This document shows, piece after piece, positions 9,340 through 19,507 of a stretch of DNA of 64,000 nucleotides. The stretch comes from Aggregatilineales bacterium (GTDB taxonomy: Bacteria > Chloroflexota > Anaerolineae > Aggregatilineales > Ch27), in contig JARKNX010000025.1 in assembly GCA_029976025.1 (NCBI GenBank), forward strand, positions 184 to 64,183, read 5' to 3'. Made by a program: the position numbers and the translations under genes. Position 1 is the stretch's first letter. Every line of letters starts with the position of its first letter. The notes beneath the pieces were generated by a model. That model had not been told where the DNA came from. It worked only from the letters and a program-made list of their open reading frames with translations, and ran no database searches.

Positions 9340-10161
9340 ATGATGAATGGATTCAGGTTGATCATCAAACCGGATGAAGAGGAAGCCGAAGCGGCCGAGG
9401 TTTACGTCGAAGGCCGGATCGGCGGTCATCCGCGCCAGTTTCTGCTGGATACGGGCGCCGCGCGGACGGCCGTGCTCCGGGATGACTACACTGCCACATT
9501 CGCCGCCGCCGGGCAGAGCAGTTCCTCCGGGGTGTTCGCCCGGAGCAACGACGACCTGATCACGGTTCCCGACATCGAGGTCGGCCCGATCGCAAAGAAG
9601 CAGTTCACTCTGACGCGCACGGCAGGCACAGGTCCGCCCAACAGAGATCTGATCGGAATGGACCTGCTCAAAGAGTGGCGCCTGCACTTCCGCTTCGATC
9701 AAAGCTGGGTCGTGGTCGAGCCGGCTGGTGAAGCGGACGCCAGTTACACCTTTTACGATCTGTTTCTGGATAGCAAGGCCCATCCCTACGTGGACGTGCG
9801 GTTTCCGGATGGGGCGGCCCGGGCGGTCTGGGATACCGGCGCGAGCATCACAGTCGTCGATATGGGTTTCGTCCAGAGGCATCCCGCCTGTTTCAAAGAA
9901 ACCGGCCACTCATCAGGCGTCGATTCCACCGGCGCGACGCAGGAAACGCCGATGTACGTGATGGCAGGGGTGAGCATCGGCGGGGCGGCATTCCCGCCGC
10001 ACCGGGTGGCCGGAGTCGATCTCTCCCCTGTGAACGCGACTATCGATGTGCCGATGGACCTGATTCTGGGATACAGCACCCTGAGTCAGACCAACTGGCT
10101 GATGGATTTCCCACGCCAGCGATGGGCTATCGCGAAGGGACCCGTGCCGCCGCGCGGCTGA
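9340..10161 (+). CDS. Retropepsin-like (clan AA) aspartic protease with two DTGA domains
   Basis: 273 aa. FLLDTGAARTAV (D37, nt 9448-9450) and AVWDTGASITVVD (D165, nt 9832-9834). No signal peptide is visible. Confidence 0.75.
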   Translation: MMNGFRLIIKPDEEEAEAAEVYVEGRIGGHPRQFLLDTGAARTAVLRDDYTATFAAAGQSSSSGVFARSNDDLITVPDIEVGPIAKKQFTLTRTAGTGPPNRDLIGMDLLKEWRLHFRFDQSWVVVEPAGEADASYTFYDLFLDSKAHPYVDVRFPDGAARAVWDTGASITVVDMGFVQRHPACFKETGHSSGVDSTGATQETPMYVMAGVSIGGAAFPPHRVAGVDLSPVNATIDVPMDLILGYSTLSQTNWLMDFPRQRWAIAKGPVPPRG

Positions 10162-10203
10162 CTGGCCGGAGGAGTTCCCGCGCCCCAAAGGAGCGACGCC
10201 GCT

Positions 10204-11217
10204 ATGACCTACGATTGCCGGGGCGGGCTGACTGCCGGGCTGCCCCGCGTCTCCCTCACCCATCTGCCTACCCCGCTGGTCGAGCTGGCCCGGCTGCGAA
10301 ACGCCCTGCCGGGCTGCCCCCGCCTCCTGATCAAGCGTGACGATCAGACCGGGCTGGCCGGCGGCGGCAACAAGGCCCGCAAGCTGGAATTTCTGATCGC
10401 GGATGCGCTGGAACAGGGCGCGGACACCGTCGTCACTGTCGGCGGGCCACAATCCAACCACTGCCGGCAGACGGCCGCCGCCGCTGTCGCGTTCGGGCTG
10501 CGCTGCACCCTCGTCCTTTCCGGATCGCCGGTCCCACGCCCCGCCTGGAACGGCAATCTGCTGCTGAACAATCTGCTGGGCGCGGAGGTGCGCTGGACCG
10601 GGGAGCAGCCCCGCGACGAAGTTATCGCCGGAGTGCTGGCCGATCTCCGCCGGGGGGGAGCGCGGCCTTACTACATCCCCATCGGCGGCTCCACTCCCCG
10701 GGGCGCCGCCGGGTACGCTGCCGCCGTGGAGGAGCTGGCGGTGCAGCTCCAGGAGCGCGACGAGACAGTTGACCGGATTGTGCTGGTTTCCGGCTCCGGC
10801 GGCACGCACGCCGGCGTCCTGGTCGGCGTCAAAGCTGTAGGCTTCCGGGCGCATGTAGAGGGCATGAACAACTTCGCCGTGTCGGATATCGCCGGGCAGG
10901 TCCGCGTCCTGACGGAAGAGACGGCCGCTTTCCTGCGCCTCGATCTGAGCTTCACTGACGACGACTTCCGCATCCACGACGCCGGAGGGCACGCCTACGG
11001 CGTCATCACCGCCGCTGAGCGCGACGCCATCCGCCTGCTGGCTCGCACCGAAGGCATCCTGCTCGATCCGATCTACACAGCGCGGGCCTTCGTCGGGCTG
11101 CTCGACCTGATCCGCTCCGGCGGCTGCCGTCCGGACGAGACGATCCTCTTCTGGCACACTGGCGGCCTCCCCGGCCTGTTTGGCCGGGCGGGCGATTTGC
11201 TGGAAGGGGCCGGGTGA
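10204..11217 (+). CDS. PLP-dependent D-cysteine desulfhydrase / ACC deaminase family protein
   Basis: 337 aa. Motif [14 protein letters not shown]...[54 protein letters not shown], which includes the PLP-lysine motif NKxRKLEF. AAAGGAG RBS. Confidence 0.88.
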   Translation: MTYDCRGGLTAGLPRVSLTHLPTPLVELARLRNALPGCPRLLIKRDDQTGLAGGGNKARKLEFLIADALEQGADTVVTVGGPQSNHCRQTAAAAVAFGLRCTLVLSGSPVPRPAWNGNLLLNNLLGAEVRWTGEQPRDEVIAGVLADLRRGGARPYYIPIGGSTPRGAAGYAAAVEELAVQLQERDETVDRIVLVSGSGGTHAGVLVGVKAVGFRAHVEGMNNFAVSDIAGQVRVLTEETAAFLRLDLSFTDDDFRIHDAGGHAYGVITAAERDAIRLLARTEGILLDPIYTARAFVGLLDLIRSGGCRPDETILFWHTGGLPGLFGRAGDLLEGAG

Positions 11218-11384
11218 TCTGTCCGGCGCAGTACCCCGTGCCCGCGAATCGCCCTATAATCACGGTAGCGAATGCCGCCCGGGCGATTCCTCACGGTTCC
11301 CCGCCGGGCGGCGTATACTATCAGCGGCGCGGGCAAGTCCTCCCCGCCGGTGTGCTGACCTTCGCCCATAAGGAGACAATAAGC

Positions 11385-12401
11385 ATGGCCAAGAAGAAGG
11401 TAGTGCGAGCCGGGATTATCGGCGTCGGCGGGATGGCGCGTCACTACATCCGCCATATCCTCGCCGATCACAATGACGATACACAACTGGCGGCGTTTTG
11501 CGAGCCGTCTGCAGAGATGGTGGAGCGCGCCGCTGAGCTGTTCCAGGAAGCCGGCGTTGAGGTCCCGCCGAACGAGCCTGATCTCAGCCGCTTTCTGGCC
11601 CGATACGCCGGCCAACTGGATGTCGTCTTCATCCTCACGCCCCACGCTTACCACCACGATCAGGCCAAAGCGTGTCTGGAGGCCGGGCTGGATGTCCTGC
11701 TGGAGAAGCCGATGGTCATGACGGCGGAGGAGGCGCGCAGCCTGATTCAGACCCGCGATCGCACCGGCAAGCATCTGGTCGTGGCCTTCCAGGGCAGCCT
11801 GTCACCGCACATCCGAAAGGCGGTAGATATGATTCGCACTGGCGAAATCGGCGAGCTGATCAGCATCAGCGCGACAATCTGGCAGAACTGGGGTCCGGCC
11901 ACAGCCGGATCGTGGCGGCAGCAAATCGCGCTTTCCGGCGGCGGGTTCATGTTCGACACCGGCGCACACATGCTCAATACCGTCGCCGATCTGGCCGGAC
12001 AGAACTTCGCCGGGGTGGCTGCCTGGCTGAATAACCGGAGCGCTCCGGTGGATATCGTCGGCGTGATCATGGGCCGGCTGGAATCGGGGGCGCTGGTGAC
12101 CATGCACGGCTGCGGAGAAACAGTCCAGACGTGCACATCTGACATTCGCGTGTTTGGCTCGGACGCGATTCTGCGCACGGGGGCCTGGGGCGGGTCGCTG
12201 GATATCCAGCGCGACGGCGAGGAAGACTTCAGCCCCGTCCCCGTTGATGCCGGCAGAGGGACCTGGGAGCAGTTCCTGCTCGTCCATCAGGGCAAAATCG
12301 CCAACCCCAGCCCGCCGGAAGTGGGCCTGCGCATGGCGAAGCTGTGGGACGCGATCCGGGAGTCGGCGGCGCAGGGCGGCGTCCCGGTGAAGATAAGTTG
12401 A
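11385..12401 (+). CDS. Gfo/Idh/MocA-family NAD(P) oxidoreductase (ThuB-like)
   Basis: ORF 11214-12401. Start moved to ATG 11385 after AAGGAGA. N-terminus [24 protein letters not shown] (Rossmann fold) and EKPM motif LLEKPMVMT. Confidence 0.85.
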   Translation: MAKKKVVRAGIIGVGGMARHYIRHILADHNDDTQLAAFCEPSAEMVERAAELFQEAGVEVPPNEPDLSRFLARYAGQLDVVFILTPHAYHHDQAKACLEAGLDVLLEKPMVMTAEEARSLIQTRDRTGKHLVVAFQGSLSPHIRKAVDMIRTGEIGELISISATIWQNWGPATAGSWRQQIALSGGGFMFDTGAHMLNTVADLAGQNFAGVAAWLNNRSAPVDIVGVIMGRLESGALVTMHGCGETVQTCTSDIRVFGSDAILRTGAWGGSLDIQRDGEEDFSPVPVDAGRGTWEQFLLVHQGKIANPSPPEVGLRMAKLWDAIRESAAQGGVPVKIS

Positions 12402-12432
12402 GCGGCGGTTACCCGCGAGGAGGAATTCACGC

Positions 12433-13158
12433 ATGACTATTCGTGTGACGGTCTGGAATGAGTATCGACACGAGCATCAGAACGAAAAGGTGCGGGCTAT
12501 CTACCCGGAGGGCATTCACACGACAATCAGCAGCTTTTTGCGCGCCGCCGGGATTGAGGCACGCACAGCCACGCTCGATGAGCCGGAGCACGGCCTGACC
12601 GACACCGTGCTGGCGAATACCGATGTGCTGATCTGGTGGGGGCACATGGCTCATGACGACGTCCGGGATGAGATCGTGGACAAAGTGCAGGAGCGCGTAC
12701 TGGATGGTATGGGGCTGATCGTGCTCCATTCCGGCCATCACTCCAAGATTTTCCGGCGGCTGATGGGGACAAGCGGCAATCTGAAGTGGCGCGAAGCCAA
12801 CGAGCGCGAGCGGGTGTGGGTCATTGAGCCGGGACACCCGATTGCGGAGGGGCTTGGCGAGCACTTCGTCATCCCCCATGAGGAAATGTACGGCGAGCGC
12901 TTCGATATTCCGACGCCGGACGCGCTGGTACTGGTGAGCTGGTTCGAGGGTGGCGATGTCTTCCGCAGCGGCTGCTGCTTCCAGCGGGGGCGGGGGCGCG
13001 TGTTTTACTTCCGCCCGGGCCATGAGACCTGCCCCACCTATCACCAGCCGGAAGTGCAGCGCGTGATCACCAACGCGGTCCGCTGGGCCGCGCCGCATAC
13101 CATCGCGTCGGCGCCGGTGGTCAACGTCACGGAACCGCTGGAGAAGATCGGCGGCTGA
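12433..13158 (+). CDS. thuA: ThuA-domain (trehalose-utilisation-like) protein
   Basis: 241 aa. Motifs [29 protein letters not shown] and [24 protein letters not shown]. Starts 31 nt after the oxidoreductase gene. Confidence 0.85.
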   Translation: MTIRVTVWNEYRHEHQNEKVRAIYPEGIHTTISSFLRAAGIEARTATLDEPEHGLTDTVLANTDVLIWWGHMAHDDVRDEIVDKVQERVLDGMGLIVLHSGHHSKIFRRLMGTSGNLKWREANERERVWVIEPGHPIAEGLGEHFVIPHEEMYGERFDIPTPDALVLVSWFEGGDVFRSGCCFQRGRGRVFYFRPGHETCPTYHQPEVQRVITNAVRWAAPHTIASAPVVNVTEPLEKIGG

Positions 13159-13183
13159 TCGGAGGCGTAAAGGCTACCCATAC

Positions 13184-13223
13184 GCGGCGTCTTCTGTCAC
13201 AATAGGAGGCGCCGCTTTTATTT
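13184..13223 (+). terminator. Rho-independent terminator after thuA-like gene
   Basis: GCGGCGTC (13184-13191) pairs with GGCGCCGC (13208-13215), followed by TTTTATTT. Confidence 0.65.
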
Positions 13224-13298
13224 GTCGATGAAGGCGGCAGGCATCTTCCTCTTTGTGCCCGTCCCGAGCGTATACGCAGACGTAAAGGTGGCCGTACC

Positions 13299-15704
13299 AT
13301 GACCATATCGCCGGAGAGACTCACCCTGCCCGCCTCATTCCCACGCAGCGACTACACCCCTTTCGGCTACATCGACAATCCCTACCACAGCACGGTGCTC
13401 AACCGCAGCGGCATCCTCCGCACTGTGCCGCCAATGGGCTTTGGCTGGTGGGCGCGCGCGATGCCCTGGCCTTACGGGCTGGACGTGGAGCGCCCGATCA
13501 GCTATCTGTCTTTTCTCCACCTCAGCCTGTGCATCGAAGGGACTGCTGGCAGGGGCCGGGCCGTATTCCACAGCGCCGACGACTTCAAGGCGCGAGGAGT
13601 GTCGCTTGTCTCGCACTACCATACCCACACGCTGATGAGCTACGACTGGTCCTTCGACGGCCTGAATATCAGCGCACGCTACTTCCTGGCTCATGAGAAC
13701 GCCCTGATCTGCCTGCTGGAAGTGGAAAATACCGGCGCTGCCGCACGCCAGATCACCGCCCACGCCACAAATATCTACGGCTATCCGGGGCACCTGTACT
13801 GGGGGCGCGACGGCATCACCTCCTCCTACCGGCCCGGCGATGATATTGGCGTGAGCAAAGGGTGGGCCTACGGAGATGTCATGGCGATTGGCGCTGATCG
13901 GCGCAGCGCCGGTTACAAAGCGACATCGTCGGTTGAGGAATGGAGCGGCTGGATTTACGCCAACGATTGCTCATCCAACGAAGGCGCAGTCGTCCGCTTC
14001 CACGAATCCACCGATCCTCTCTACGCCGTCATGAGCTACCCGGTGGAAGTCGCCGCCGGAGCCACCGAGTTGCTGACGCTCTGCCTGGCGCGCGGAGTCA
14101 ACGAACTGTTCACCGTCCGCCAGTTCACCCGGAGTCTGGAAACTGCCATCCAGGAAGCCACCCGGCAACTGGCAGAGGATGAAGCGTTCTACGCCCGGGC
14201 TCCGCTGCTGGTCGGCGACTGGCCGGCGCACTGGAAGCACGGCTGGGTGTACGATCTGGAGACGCTCCGCATGACGATCCGCCCCCCGCTGGGCATCTAC
14301 AAACACGTCTGGGACGCCATGCAAATCCATTCGCCGCGGGCGGTGCTGGGCGAGACCTGCCTGGATGCGCTGTGCCTGAGCTATGCCGATATCGCGCTGG
14401 CCAAAGAGGTCATCCTGGGGGTCTTCGCCGACGCCCCTACGCCCAATGTCCCGTGCAGCCGCGAAGACGGCAGCATGAACATGATCGGCGAAAGCGGCGC
14501 GGAATGCGGCACAGCGCCGACCTGGGGCTTCCCCTTCCTCGTCATCCAGTCCATCTACCGGCGCGACCGCGACGACGCCTGGATCGCGGCGCTGTATCCG
14601 CACCTCAAGGCATTTATCGAGTGGTGGATTGCCGAGCGAACCGACGACGAAGGCTGGTTCCACGCCGATAATAGCTGGGAATCGGGCCAGGACGGCTCCC
14701 GGCGCTTCCTGCACGGCGACGCCCAGGAAGGCACGCCGGCCCATTTCGTGCGCACGGTGGATATCGAGGCCGGCATGGCTCAGGCCATGCTGTCCATGGT
14801 GACGTATGCCCGCATCGTCGGGGCGGAAAGCGATATCGCGCTGTGGCAGGAGCGGAGTGAAGATCGCGTCGCCCGGACGCGCAGCATGTACGTAGACGGC
14901 TGGTTCCGCGACTGGGATGGGCGGGAAAACCGACCTTTCATGCTGGAGGATTATTACGATGTGATGATGCTGGTTCCGCTGGCCGTCGGCGTCGCTACAC
15001 CCGAACAGATCGAAGGGGTCCGGCCCAAGTTTCAGATATTCCGGGAGAATCCGACCCCATATCTGGAATGGCCCTCCTTCTGGCAGCCATTTTCCGAAGC
15101 CGGATGGAATGTCGGGCTGCGCACTTTTATCGCCGAAGAGCTGGTCAAAGTGGGCAACCGCATCTACGAGCGGACGGACGCTCGCGAAATCCGTCCGGCG
15201 AGCGCCCGATACGACGGGCGGCTGCCGGCCCCCTACGCCTACCGTATCCCCGGCGTCGCCAGCGAGTTCTGGCCGGTGCAACTGGAGGGTCACCCGATCC
15301 TCAATGGCTGCGAAAACTACGGCTGGGGAGCCACCTTCCCCAGCCTGGTAATCCGCAACCTGATCGGCTTCAGAGAGCGCGAGGACTCGGACGGCGATGC
15401 GGGGTTCATCCTGGCTCCGGCGCTGCCCCCTGCACTGTTTGAGATCAGCCAGACGTATGGCATCACCCGCCTCAAAGGGGCCGGATTCAGCGTTGACGTG
15501 TATTGTACGGTGAAAGCAGGCGGCAGGCTGGATGTCCGGTTAAGCCTGTCGCTAGAGACGCCCGACAATGTGCGAATCGAGGATGAGGGCGGGATGCTTA
15601 TCGCGCAGACGAGCGGGCCGGAGAATACCCCGGAAGTTCAGTTCGAGGCGACCAACGGGGCGATCTACCACGTCGTCTGGCAGGCTCCGCCCGGCCTGAG
15701 TTAA
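13299..15704 (+). CDS. Six-hairpin (alpha/alpha)6 glycoside-hydrolase-like protein (GH63/GH37/MGH1-like)
   Basis: 801 aa, cytoplasmic. The motif HADNSWESGQDGSRRF resembles the ESG[WM]D..[RP][FW] catalytic motif of GH63/GH37-type glycosidases. AAAGGTGG RBS. Family assignment is tentative. Confidence 0.7.
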   Translation: MTISPERLTLPASFPRSDYTPFGYIDNPYHSTVLNRSGILRTVPPMGFGWWARAMPWPYGLDVERPISYLSFLHLSLCIEGTAGRGRAVFHSADDFKARGVSLVSHYHTHTLMSYDWSFDGLNISARYFLAHENALICLLEVENTGAAARQITAHATNIYGYPGHLYWGRDGITSSYRPGDDIGVSKGWAYGDVMAIGADRRSAGYKATSSVEEWSGWIYANDCSSNEGAVVRFHESTDPLYAVMSYPVEVAAGATELLTLCLARGVNELFTVRQFTRSLETAIQEATRQLAEDEAFYARAPLLVGDWPAHWKHGWVYDLETLRMTIRPPLGIYKHVWDAMQIHSPRAVLGETCLDALCLSYADIALAKEVILGVFADAPTPNVPCSREDGSMNMIGESGAECGTAPTWGFPFLVIQSIYRRDRDDAWIAALYPHLKAFIEWWIAERTDDEGWFHADNSWESGQDGSRRFLHGDAQEGTPAHFVRTVDIEAGMAQAMLSMVTYARIVGAESDIALWQERSEDRVARTRSMYVDGWFRDWDGRENRPFMLEDYYDVMMLVPLAVGVATPEQIEGVRPKFQIFRENPTPYLEWPSFWQPFSEAGWNVGLRTFIAEELVKVGNRIYERTDAREIRPASARYDGRLPAPYAYRIPGVASEFWPVQLEGHPILNGCENYGWGATFPSLVIRNLIGFREREDSDGDAGFILAPALPPALFEISQTYGITRLKGAGFSVDVYCTVKAGGRLDVRLSLSLETPDNVRIEDEGGMLIAQTSGPENTPEVQFEATNGAIYHVVWQAPPGLS

Positions 15705-15711
15705 CGCAAAC

Positions 15712-15744
15712 GCCCGCCGCGACCGAAACCCGATCGCGGCGGGC
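15712..15744. terminator. Bidirectional terminator between convergent genes
   Basis: GCCCGCCGCGA (15712-15722) pairs with TCGCGGCGGGC (15734-15744). The stem is a perfect 11 bp. Confidence 0.6.
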
Positions 15745-15775
15745 GCATTATCTTCAAGTCAGCAAGCGGGTCGCG

Positions 15776-16627
15776 CTACCCCTTCACGCCGGAAAGCGAA
15801 ATTCCTTCCACAAAATAGCGCTGGGCGAAGATGTAGACAATGAGCACGGGGAGCATCACGACTACAGCCGCGGCCATGACCATCGGCCAGTTGGTCTGGC
15901 GGTAAGCAGTCGTGTTGGCGTTGAAGTAAGCCAGCCCCAGCTCCAGAGTGCGCATCTCCTGATTGCGGGCGATCAGTAGCGGCCACAGCAGATCCGTCCA
16001 TGTCCCCATGAAAGCGAACACCGCCAGCGTAGTGAGCGCGGGGCCGTTGAGCGGCAGGAACACGCGGGTGAAGATCGTCCATTCGCTGGCTCCGTCAATA
16101 CGAGCCGCATCGTGATAATCCTGCGGGACGCCCATAAAAGCCTGTCGCAGCAGGAAGATGCCGAACACGCTGGAGATACCAGGGATAATCAGCCCCTGGT
16201 ACGTGTTGATCCACCCCAGCCCGAACACAATCAGGAACAGAGGGATCAGCGTGATCTGGAACGGGATCATCATTGTAGCCAGATACAGGATGAAGATGAC
16301 ATCCCGGCCCACGAACTTGAGCCGTGAGAAGCCGTAGGCGGCCATCGAGCACACTAACAACTGCCCGGCCACAGTGAACGCAGTGACGAGGGCGGTATTA
16401 AAGAAATATTGCCCGAACGGCACCAGCGTGAACAGGTCCTGATAGTTGGAGAAGTCAAGAGAAGTGGGAAACAACTGCGGTGGATAGCTGAACTCACTCC
16501 CGCGCGGCTTGAGAGACGTTGAAACCATCCAGATGAAGGGTATGACCATAGATAGAGTTACAAGAATCAGGATCGCGTACCCCAGGATGCGGGCCGGGAG
16601 GTCCCACCAGTGTTTGGGCTTTACCAT
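15776..16627 (-). CDS. ABC sugar permease (MalG type)
   Basis: ORF 15776-16834. Start moved to ATG 16627 (MVKPKHWWDLPARILGYAILILV), preceded by GGAGAGGTG. EAA loop DYHDAARIDGASEWTIFTRVFLPL. Confidence 0.9.
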   Translation of the reverse strand: MVKPKHWWDLPARILGYAILILVTLSMVIPFIWMVSTSLKPRGSEFSYPPQLFPTSLDFSNYQDLFTLVPFGQYFFNTALVTAFTVAGQLLVCSMAAYGFSRLKFVGRDVIFILYLATMMIPFQITLIPLFLIVFGLGWINTYQGLIIPGISSVFGIFLLRQAFMGVPQDYHDAARIDGASEWTIFTRVFLPLNGPALTTLAVFAFMGTWTDLLWPLLIARNQEMRTLELGLAYFNANTTAYRQTNWPMVMAAAVVVMLPVLIVYIFAQRYFVEGISLSGVKG

Positions 16628-16682
16628 AACACCTCTCCACTCAACAATAGCAGCTAAACGTACAACATTACCTGCCGCGCAG

Positions 16683-17627
16683 CTAGAACAACGATTCTTC
16701 ACGCGTGCGCATATAAACAACCTGAATGAGCGTAAAAACAAAGATGACGGCGAACAGGATCCAGGCAAGCGCCGAGGCATAGCCCATATCAAAGCTCTCG
16801 AACGCCCGCAAATAGATACGGTGCACCGCCACATCCGTCGCCCCGCGCGGCCCGCCGCCGGTGATCACGTAGACCGACGAAAATACCTGCAGTGACCCGA
16901 TAATGCCCGTGATCAGCAGGAAGAACGTCGTCGGTTTGAGCAGAGGCAATGTGATCCGCCAGAAAGAATGCCAGGCGTTAGCGCCATCAATCGCCGCCGC
17001 CTCTTTAAGTTCGTTAGGTATCGCCTGTAAGCCGGCCAGCCAGATGACCATCTGGAAGCCGGCGCCTTTCCAGATTGTAATCAGGACAAGGCTGGGCATA
17101 GCGGTCGCCGGATCGCCCAGCCAGTTAACGCCCGGCAGCCCGAACAATTGCAGGACGTAATTGAGGATGCCGGCCCGCGGGTCCAGCAGCGTAATCCAGA
17201 TAACGGATACGGCCACCCACGACGAAATAACGGGCATGAAAAATAGAGTGCGGAAGATATTGACGCCGCGCAGGGCCTGGTTCATGACCAGGGCGATCGC
17301 CAGGCTGATAATCATGCCCAGCGGCACTGCCAGCAAGGTGTAATAAGCCGAGTTCCCCATGGCGTTCCACCAGCGCCGGTCGCCAATCATAAATTCGTAG
17401 TTCGCCGTGCCGATGAATGGAGCGCTGTAAAAGTTAGTGCCGCGCCAATCTGTAAAAGAGAGGTAAAAGCTGAAGAGCAGCGGAATAAGTAGAAAAACGA
17501 CCAGGTGAAGCAGGGAAGGCAGGATGAAGAGGTATCCGACTCGCTCGTTGGATCGTCCCCAGAAGCGCTGCCACCAGCGGGGGCCAGAAGTGAATAAGTG
17601 ACGTTCTAGCAACGGCGTGCTCTGCAT
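16683..17627 (-). CDS. ABC sugar permease (MalF type)
   Basis: 314 aa. EAA loop LKEAAAIDGANAWHSFWRITLPLL. GAGGAG RBS. Confidence 0.9.
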   Translation of the reverse strand: MQSTPLLERHLFTSGPRWWQRFWGRSNERVGYLFILPSLLHLVVFLLIPLLFSFYLSFTDWRGTNFYSAPFIGTANYEFMIGDRRWWNAMGNSAYYTLLAVPLGMIISLAIALVMNQALRGVNIFRTLFFMPVISSWVAVSVIWITLLDPRAGILNYVLQLFGLPGVNWLGDPATAMPSLVLITIWKGAGFQMVIWLAGLQAIPNELKEAAAIDGANAWHSFWRITLPLLKPTTFFLLITGIIGSLQVFSSVYVITGGGPRGATDVAVHRIYLRAFESFDMGYASALAWILFAVIFVFTLIQVVYMRTREESLF

Positions 17628-17643
17628 AGCCTAACTCCTCAAA

Positions 17644-17673
17644 GACGGACCGCCCGGCCAGGGGCGGTCCGTC
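17644..17673 (-). promoter_or_regulatory. Intercistronic GC stem-loop after the SBP gene
   Basis: GACGGACCGCCC and GGGCGGTCCGTC form a perfect 12-bp stem with a 6-nt loop. It lies between the SBP stop (17700) and the permease start (17627). Confidence 0.6.
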
Positions 17674-17699
17674 CCCAACTTGAACTGCCAGAGTGAGTT

Positions 17700-19067
17700 T
17701 TACTGGCTGCTGCTGGCGCGCGCCAGCTCGCGGCCAATCTCTTCCACAGCGTTGGCGATTTCTTCGTCAACATCGCCGCCGGCCAGGATATTCTCCATCA
17801 TCCCGTCGAGTGCGCTTTCCACGATCGGCCAGTTGGCGAAGCGGGCGCCGTAAGGAGCGCGACCGTCGTCCGATTCAGCCGTGAACACAGCCTCGATCTC
17901 GGGCCAGGCCGAAGCCTCCACCGCCGCCGCAGCCGACTCAGCGTTGGCCGAAGTTTCCAGCCCGGTCACGACCTTGGTGTCCTGGTAAGCGGTACTGGTC
18001 AGCTCTTCCACGAGCTGGCAGGCCGCCAGCAGTTTGGCCGGATCCTGCTGCACGAGGGCGTTAATCACCCAGCCCGACTCGTAGATGACAGTGGCATCTT
18101 CAACCTTGCTGGGGTTGCCCACCACAGCCACGCGCCCCGGCGTGTAATCCGGGTTAATCGTCAACCCGACCATCTCCCAGTGTCCGCGCGGGAACATCGC
18201 CACTTCGCCGCGCAGGAACGTGCTCAGGAAACCGAACTCCTGCGATATCTGATCCAGCGTGGAAGGCTCCGGCGCCACGCCGTACTTCAGCACCAGATCG
18301 CGCAGGAAGGTGATCGCCTCAACTGCTTCGGGCGAATTCAGGTAGCCATCAACCGTTGAGCCATCGGGGGAGATCACGTCCCCGCCGTTCTGCCAGACCC
18401 AGTAGATCCACTCGAACGTGTACTTGCGGTCGCGATAGCCCCACTGCACAACATGCTCTTCGTCAAAGTCGGGGTCAAGCCGGTTGCGGCCCTGATCATC
18501 GAGGGTCAGTTCCTGGGCAACGGTCAGGAATTCGTCCCAAGTCCAATCGGAGGTGGGCGGCTCGACGCCGGCGCGCTCGAAGGACTCCGGATTGTAATAT
18601 ATCACCATAGGCGTGCCGCCATCAGGCAGGCCCCAGACCTCGCCGGTATCCCGCTGATGCAGGCTGAGGAAACCGGGTGAGAAGCGATCCAGCGTCAGTT
18701 CCGGCACCAGATCAAGGCAGACCCGCATATCGACAACATTGCCGGTGTCCACCAGCCGGGCCAGAGTTGACGCGTCTTGATACCAGACATCGGGGGCCGT
18801 CCCGGCGGCCAGGTCAACCAGAAGCTGGGTATCGAATTCCGGGGGCGCTTCCAGCGACTCGATGGTGACATCCGGGTGCGCTTCGGTAAACCGGGTGATC
18901 ACGGCCTGCTTGGCGATCGCCAGCGGAGTCTCGCGCTCGTCCGGAACAACTTCCAGGCCGATCACACGCAGGGTAACCTGATCGCCACCCTGGGCCAGTG
19001 TGGTCAGCGAAGGCAGCACCAGCGCCAGTACCATGATCAGGGCGAAAATACTGCTTCGTTTCTGCAT
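17700..19067 (-). CDS. ABC transporter substrate-binding protein (family 1)
   Basis: 455 aa. Leader MQKRSSIFALIMVLALVLPSLTTLAQG. AAGGAGA RBS. Confidence 0.9.
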   Translation of the reverse strand: MQKRSSIFALIMVLALVLPSLTTLAQGGDQVTLRVIGLEVVPDERETPLAIAKQAVITRFTEAHPDVTIESLEAPPEFDTQLLVDLAAGTAPDVWYQDASTLARLVDTGNVVDMRVCLDLVPELTLDRFSPGFLSLHQRDTGEVWGLPDGGTPMVIYYNPESFERAGVEPPTSDWTWDEFLTVAQELTLDDQGRNRLDPDFDEEHVVQWGYRDRKYTFEWIYWVWQNGGDVISPDGSTVDGYLNSPEAVEAITFLRDLVLKYGVAPEPSTLDQISQEFGFLSTFLRGEVAMFPRGHWEMVGLTINPDYTPGRVAVVGNPSKVEDATVIYESGWVINALVQQDPAKLLAACQLVEELTSTAYQDTKVVTGLETSANAESAAAAVEASAWPEIEAVFTAESDDGRAPYGARFANWPIVESALDGMMENILAGGDVDEEIANAVEEIGRELARASSSQ

Positions 19068-19360
19068 CTCTCTATCTCCTTCTAATAGATACGATCCGCA
19101 AGGACTTTACTTCTATAGAGCGACAAATCTGAGCGCCTGCCGCTCCCCAACCACTCTGTTATCCAACCCGCACGCTGGAGGTGAGATAGGCCCAGCCCCG
19201 CACACGGGTTGTCCGACAACACCCGTCCTCAAAGCCTTATCCCGCCGGATGCTCCGCTACAAAATGGGAGCACAGAGATGCAAATCCGCGACGCATCTCT
19301 GACAAATGTATGCACAACTCAACAACTATCTGGTGGTCTGTAACCCCAAAAGTTGCTATT

Positions 19361-19370
19361 CATCTATACA
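19361..19370. promoter_or_regulatory. Operator-like box CATCTATACA (8/10 to TGTCTATACA) at the predicted transcription start
   Basis: Lies immediately downstream, in the minus sense, of the -10 at 19376-19381. Confidence 0.35.
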
Positions 19371-19375
19371 ACCTG

Positions 19376-19404
19376 ACTATAGTCCGGAAGTACCAGCCTG
19401 TCAA
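19376..19404 (-). promoter_or_regulatory. Sigma70-like promoter of the minus-strand CUT1 operon
   Basis: On the minus strand: TTGACA (19399-19404), a 17-nt spacer, then TATAGT (19376-19381). This implies a leader of about 300 nt. Confidence 0.55.
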
Positions 19405-19424
19405 GAAATAAGGCGCAGGGAACG

Positions 19425-19434
19425 TGTCTAGACA
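19425..19434. promoter_or_regulatory. Perfect palindrome TGTCTAGACA (9/10 to TGTCTATACA)
   Basis: Sits 20 bp upstream of the -35 of the 19376-19404 promoter. Confidence 0.45.
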
Positions 19435-19507
19435 ATCTGGTTGAAGCGCGCGAAGAGCAGGCCCGCCGTCTGGCAGTTGACTCGCCCATCATATCCGATC
19501 GGGCCGC

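Noticed and set aside
8095-11157. ORFs 8095-9240 (+), 9166-9909 (-) and 9913-11157 (-)
   Set aside because: They are antisense to the GH43 arabinanase, the retropepsin-like gene and the DcyD-like gene respectively, and have no motifs. These are shadow ORFs.
13268-13277. Perfect 10-bp palindrome GCGTATACGC upstream of the 801-aa GH-like gene
   Set aside because: It resembles a GntR-type GT..AC core but occurs once. Dozens of 10-bp palindromes are expected by chance in 64 kb. It is kept only as a note.
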